Positions 59,609 through 64,000 of a stretch of 64,000 nucleotides of DNA are shown here, piece after piece. Origin of the DNA: a virus; IMG/VR virus record IMGVR_UViG_3300029113_000198; one strand, written 5' to 3'. The notes under the pieces are model-generated. The model was not told where the DNA came from. It saw only the letters and a program-made list of their open reading frames with translations, and ran no database searches. Positions within the stretch are counted from its first letter, which is position 1. Every line of letters begins with the position of its first letter. A program made the translations under genes and the position numbers.

Positions 59609-61417
59609 ATGAGTGATGAAGAGAAGCGCTGGCCATTCGATGGTTTCTACCTGAAGCTGGCTGAGGCACAACGGGAGTATGAGCAGGAGCAGCACATTGA
59701 CCCTGCCTCGTTGACGGAAGAAGAACGACAGCAAAAATTGCAGGAGATTCTGGATTGTATTAAGGCCTCTCGCAAAAAGAAAAAGGAGGCCGACGAACAG
59801 CTTGATCCCATTGTGCCGGAGGAAGAACCGGAAACCGCCGGGGCAACTCCACAGCCTGCAAAACAGTACATCACAGATCTTGTTGGTGAGGATTACAAGA
59901 ACTGGCATGGAATCGTGGTGCTTGATGCGGGCACGAACTCCGGCAAGACCTATTTTATTCTGAAGACATTGCTGCCGTGGGCATATGAACATCGTAAGCG
60001 TATTCTGATTCTGTGCAATCGCGAAGCTCTGCGCAACCAGATCGAGCGCGATGTGAACCGTTTGGGGAGTATAGAGGTATCCTACGAGGACTATGATCCC
60101 GCGCTTGGAGGAATTGTCAACAAACCCGCCATAGATAACAAGTATGAGCACACCATCCGTGTTGAAACATACCAGTGGCTGGAAACCTTCCTGCAAAGGA
60201 ATGAAGATGCCGCTAAAACTTATCTGAGATCGTTTGATTATATCGTGTCAGACGAGTATCACTACATGGTAACAGATGCCAGCTTCAACGATCATGTGGA
60301 TGCAAGCTATGAGGCTATTAAAGAGCTGTGGACAACGAAGACCTGCATCTTTATGAGCGCAACCGCCCGCCCCTTCTTTGACTATTGGGAACTGCGGAAA
60401 ATGATCCCGAAGGGACAGCACTATCGTCTGCCGATGGATTATCGGTTTGTGTCAAGCGTGAAGTTCTTCTACCGTGACGATGACGAGTTGGATATCATCC
60501 GCCGGGTACAGCCGGGAGAAAAGATCCTCGTTTTTGTGAATACCATCGCCAAGTTGCGAAAACTGCGGGACACTCTGAAGGCAGAAGGCATAGAGGATGT
60601 GGCGTGCCTGTGCTCCAAATACCGTCAGGAAGCGGAGGAATTTGACAAACTGGATGATGTGCTCGTGGGCAATGTTCTGCAGCATCAGGTCACACTGACC
60701 ACAACGACCCTCTATAATGGTGTGGATATGAAAGACCGTGCGCTGAAATATATTGTCAGTGAACTGTGGAATCCGCTCGTTAATGCACAGATCCTTGGCC
60801 GCAAACGTCCCTTGGATGAGGGGGATACCTGCGCGGTGTATTTGCTGCATTACCCCAAAGAACGTCTGGAAGGGGAACTTAAAAAAGTCGAGAAGTATCA
60901 GCTGGAACCGGTCGAGGCATATCGGAAATGGTTTGATGATAGGAAGGCATGGAAGACATACCTGCATCAGCCTGAAACAGTGGAAATACTGAAAAAAAGC
61001 CATACAGTCGTTCTGGATCCACGGGAAGGTGAATACTGCTGGCGGAAACGTGCGACCTTGCAGGCTCGTGTGGAACGTGTTTTCCTGCTGCAAATGCTTG
61101 AACAGGGGTATCAGACAGAGCTGCTGAAAAAGATCGATGAAAGCCTGCTTGCAAAAGTAGAACGCCTTGAACCGCCGCCACTGCTTGCATATCTGGATGC
61201 CCATCTGAATGAGGAACGCTACTATCAAGACTGGCAGAAGATCTTCTTTGAGCTGGGGCACATCTACAACAAGGCAGATGGACACGCTGAAAAATCGTTG
61301 CCAAGCTATACCTGTGCACGTCAATGGCTACAGCACTATGGATATGATTTACAGAAGAGACGTGTAACAAGTGGAGAACTGCGAAATAAGAACGTTTGGT
61401 GGGTCACAAAGCAGTAA
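59609..61417 (+). CDS. SF2 (DExH-type) helicase-like protein
   Basis: Walker A LDAGTNSGKTY, DExH IVSDEYHYMV, SAT FMSATARP, motif VI QILGRKRP. 602 aa. Confidence 0.55.
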   Translation: MSDEEKRWPFDGFYLKLAEAQREYEQEQHIDPASLTEEERQQKLQEILDCIKASRKKKKEADEQLDPIVPEEEPETAGATPQPAKQYITDLVGEDYKNWHGIVVLDAGTNSGKTYFILKTLLPWAYEHRKRILILCNREALRNQIERDVNRLGSIEVSYEDYDPALGGIVNKPAIDNKYEHTIRVETYQWLETFLQRNEDAAKTYLRSFDYIVSDEYHYMVTDASFNDHVDASYEAIKELWTTKTCIFMSATARPFFDYWELRKMIPKGQHYRLPMDYRFVSSVKFFYRDDDELDIIRRVQPGEKILVFVNTIAKLRKLRDTLKAEGIEDVACLCSKYRQEAEEFDKLDDVLVGNVLQHQVTLTTTTLYNGVDMKDRALKYIVSELWNPLVNAQILGRKRPLDEGDTCAVYLLHYPKERLEGELKKVEKYQLEPVEAYRKWFDDRKAWKTYLHQPETVEILKKSHTVVLDPREGEYCWRKRATLQARVERVFLLQMLEQGYQTELLKKIDESLLAKVERLEPPPLLAYLDAHLNEERYYQDWQKIFFELGHIYNKADGHAEKSLPSYTCARQWLQHYGYDLQKRRVTSGELRNKNVWWVTKQ

Positions 61418-62616
61418 AATGCGCACGAAATTCACTATACTATATAACAAAGTGAAAAATATGCGCACGGGTGCCGCTCTTTATTCGACTTTCTTTATTT
61501 GATTTTTTGCGTGGTTGTGTTAGCCGAGTGCTTCTTGAACGGCCGAAGCATGAGGACGGGACAGAAACGCTCGGTTAACATGATCACGCCAACGGAAATC
61601 TTGACTAAGCGAACCTGTGAGCTTTTTCAAGATTGGAGTTGATCTAAATGGTATGAGCGCCAGCGAATACCTTCCTCTTTATTAATACGTCACTAATAGG
61701 ACGCATAGCAAAAAAGGGCATTGATTCGATCATAGTGAAATACCTCAAATAATTGATGCAAATAAGTGCTGTCTGGAAATGTATAGGAGATACGTCAATT
61801 CGTCGATTGCTTATATTTTAGTAAGCGTCTGCCCGGCGGATGGTATCACAAGCTATTGTCCTATCTGGGTTGACACAATAAAAAAATGAATTTCAATCAG
61901 AATGTATCGTGCTATCGTATAATATAAGGGCGTCTGCGTGGTGGACACCGTTTGATGACTGAATTTTGAGCTGTCAAAAGGGAGTCGCATTCCACGACCA
62001 CCCTGAAACATGACTCAAGGAGGGGGTTTCAATTTGAAATCCCCTTGAAAGCTTATCAAGACGGTCTTTGTTACGCTTGTGACAGACGGCAGATTTCCAT
62101 GACGCCACGCATATTGTATACGTAGGTTTGCTGTTTTCCACCAGGGGTAATCAAATTGATTAACCCTGAAAGTGGGTCGAGACGCTCTTTATTCCGCCGA
62201 TAGAATCGCCATACACGACCCTGTACCAAACAGTACGCACCTGCAACGGCCTAAATTGGAGTGAGGTCACTTAGACTGACCCCATCAAGAAAGGTGTCCC
62301 CAATTTTGGGGAGATGTAGACGGTGCTCAAAAATGTTCTCCGTGCGCACAAGTGAGTATGCTCAAAAATGAGCGGTCCTCCATGTTCTATAAAACCAATA
62401 ACGTTTGACCAAAAGTGGTCGAATGAAACTGTTCCCCCACAATTTCGGGGAGACTCATAATCAAATCGAAAATCCGCCGGGATGTGTGCTGTCTGATATT
62501 AAACGCGGCTCTTTAAGTTCACTTTCTGACTGAATACTGTATAAAATAGAAGGAGCCCTGCTACTCGTGTCTGAGCGGCAGAGCCCTGTTGCTGCTATAG
62601 GAAATGATGGTTGGTG

Positions 62617-62799
62617 TTAGCGTTCAATGATCTCAGTGGTAATTCTGGTTTGACCTTCACCAAGAAGTTTGCCATATGCGCGGTCTGAGATCCGCTTGAA
62701 TTCTTCTGCTTTTTCTCTTGATTCAAAGTGATCTTGTCCCAGCACGGAATTTCCGTTCTCATGATCGATAATTTGTACCAAGATTTTATTTTCAGCCAT
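62617..62799 (-). CDS. Small hypothetical protein
   Basis: 60 aa ORF, GGAGG RBS. Confidence 0.3.
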   Translation of the reverse strand: MAENKILVQIIDHENGNSVLGQDHFESREKAEEFKRISDRAYGKLLGEGQTRITTEIIER

Positions 62800-62850
62800 A
62801 AGCTTACCTCCTGCTGCTGATAGAAGTGGTGACGATGGGCGCGATGTCTA

Positions 62851-63249
62851 TTACCGCAGCTTTCTCATATATGCTTGGGACGTTCTTTTCTGACTCTCAT
62901 AGAAGGTAACGCCGGTAACATCATCCACGACCAGATCATCATAAGGGATGCCCTTTTTGTTCAGATGATCAATGAACCAGCGCTTTTTCAGATAGCACCA
63001 CGGGGTTCTGCTGAGGTCGCCGTAACTCGATGCAGGCCGCTCACATGCGTTGTAGGTTTTGCCGCAGATGCTCCACCATTCTTTACGCACTCGCTCCCGC
63101 ATTTGCAGAACCTCAGAGGTGCCATGAAGGCCATGCTCCTCGCCATACTGATAATCTGCCTTCTTGATTTTTGCGTTCTGTCCCGCGCTGACTGCACCAG
63201 CTGCACCAAGACCCAACATGCCTAAAAATAACGAAAAAGCGCCTGCCAT
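62851..63249 (-). CDS. Hypothetical secreted/membrane-anchored protein
   Basis: N-terminal hydrophobic signal-like segment (MAGAFSLFLGMLGLGAAGAVSAG); 132 aa. Confidence 0.35.
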   Translation of the reverse strand: MAGAFSLFLGMLGLGAAGAVSAGQNAKIKKADYQYGEEHGLHGTSEVLQMRERVRKEWWSICGKTYNACERPASSYGDLSRTPWCYLKKRWFIDHLNKKGIPYDDLVVDDVTGVTFYESQKRTSQAYMRKLR

Positions 63250-63444
63250 AATATTATCCTCCTGTATTTTGAAGTGTGTGTTTGCTGTACCTGAAGTCTA
63301 TCAAACGGTGCGTCCGATAAGATGGACTTATGAGTGCGTTTTTAAAAATATGGAGCGTTCTGGCTGCCGTCGCGCAAGTTTATAGATGACCGCACTATAG
63401 CGCGCAAAAAGTCTCCGGTAAGGCCTCCGGTGGCGGGGCACACC

Positions 63445-63645
63445 TCACTCCGTCAGCCCCAACAGATAATCGGTCGACACCTGATAGAATTGGGCAAGCT
63501 GGATCAGATGAGGGATCTCGGGACATTTGTCGTGCTCCCATGCGTAGACTGCCCGGCGGGTCACACCCATGGTTCGTGCAAGCTCGGTCTGGGTATAGCC
63601 GTGCGTCAGGCGCAGGTGCTGCAAACGTTCTGATATAATGGTCAT
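63445..63645 (-). CDS. XRE-family helix-turn-helix transcriptional regulator
   Basis: LRLTHGYTQTELARTMGVTRRAVYAWE is a Cro/C1-type HTH; 66 aa. Confidence 0.65.
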   Translation of the reverse strand: MTIISERLQHLRLTHGYTQTELARTMGVTRRAVYAWEHDKCPEIPHLIQLAQFYQVSTDYLLGLTE

Positions 63646-63715
63646 GGCTGCTCTCCTTCAATATAATGGGCATCCTCTCACAGCCCGGCGGATCTCTGTC
63701 TTTACGGGTGCGCTT

Positions 63716-64000
63716 TTAAACAACGTCAAGGGTAATGGTGCCGCCTTCTTTGGTGATGATCTCATACTCGGTGGACTGGATATCTCGCAATACCAGCTTT
63801 TCAATACTCAGGATGCTGGCAAGGGGGATGGAAAGCATGGTGTGTCCGGCCATGAAATGCAGCTCTGACTTGTTCCGGTGCGTGTGCAGCTGGATGTCTT
63901 GGAATGCGATGTCTGCCCCGGTAAAGACGACGCACCCACTGGCTTTGCACTCGGACGTCTCGGCAAGAAAGGTGTCAATAGCGATTTTATAAGTATCCAT
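63716..64000 (-). CDS. Hypothetical protein with cupin-like HxH...E motif
   Basis: LHTHRNKSELHFMAGH resembles the cupin metal-binding motif; start Met at window edge. Confidence 0.3.
   Translation of the reverse strand: MDTYKIAIDTFLAETSECKASGCVVFTGADIAFQDIQLHTHRNKSELHFMAGHTMLSIPLASILSIEKLVLRDIQSTEYEIITKEGGTITLDVV

Larger units (their letters stand above)
58444..64000. mobile_element. Second integrative element (integrase at tRNA-Leu, SF2 helicase, ORF-free repeat region, minus-strand XRE regulator); continues past window end
   Basis: Integrase immediately 3' of tRNA-Leu; GC ~52% differs from both flanks; gene orientation switch. Confidence 0.55.

Noticed and set aside
1-64000. CRISPR array or spacer-repeat structure
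   Set aside because: No regularly spaced identical 25-40 bp repeats. The repeated 21-bp motif copies are thousands of bp apart and sit at gene starts.

Overview
Most of this window (about 1–54,100; roughly 40% GC, all genes on the + strand) is the early and replication half of a tailed-phage genome, ending on the right with an excisionase and a Tn916-family tyrosine integrase. No capsid, tail or terminase genes fall inside the window.

The phage carries its own replication and nucleotide-metabolism genes:
- DnaB-like helicase, DnaG-like primase, DHH/RecJ-like phosphoesterase and a Pol III alpha (DnaE-type) polymerase;
- RecD-like SF1 helicase and an ATP-dependent DNA ligase;
- NrdD with its activase NrdG, ThyX, dUTPase and FolD.

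Other phage features:
- a cluster of six tRNAs (Leu-UAA, Pro-UGG, one unusual type-II tRNA with a UUG anticodon, Leu-UAG, Gly-UCC, Met/Ile-CAU);
- a free-standing HNH homing endonuclease preceded by a GC-rich structured element;
- a second radical-SAM enzyme;
- a Lar-like restriction-alleviation protein;
- a PF10127/RlaP-like nucleotidyltransferase;
- a SleB-like cell-wall hydrolase;
- a MazF-family endoribonuclease with no adjacent antitoxin;
- LemA and SPFH membrane proteins.

Four things stood out most. First, a 21-bp motif (TAGCTATATAATACAGGATAC) recurs seven times at gene starts, twice embedded in consensus TTGACx-17-TATAAT promoters. Second, a cytosine-5 DNA methyltransferase appears circularly permuted (motifs III–X followed by I–II) and needs a +1 frameshift at its catalytic PCQ motif. 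Third, a PAPS-reductase-like gene is split by a (GA)n tract. Fourth, the tRNA island carries the unusual tRNA and the structured element.

At about 54,100 the sequence switches to roughly 60% GC chromosomal DNA (IMPDH-family guaB, nicotinate phosphoribosyltransferase, tRNA-Leu-UAA). Downstream of that tRNA a second, different integrative element begins (about 52% GC): tyrosine integrase, SF2 helicase, a 1.2-kb ORF-free region rich in dyad symmetries, and a minus-strand XRE regulator.

Everything here was read by eye from the sequence and the supplied ORF translations. No database search or folding program was run.
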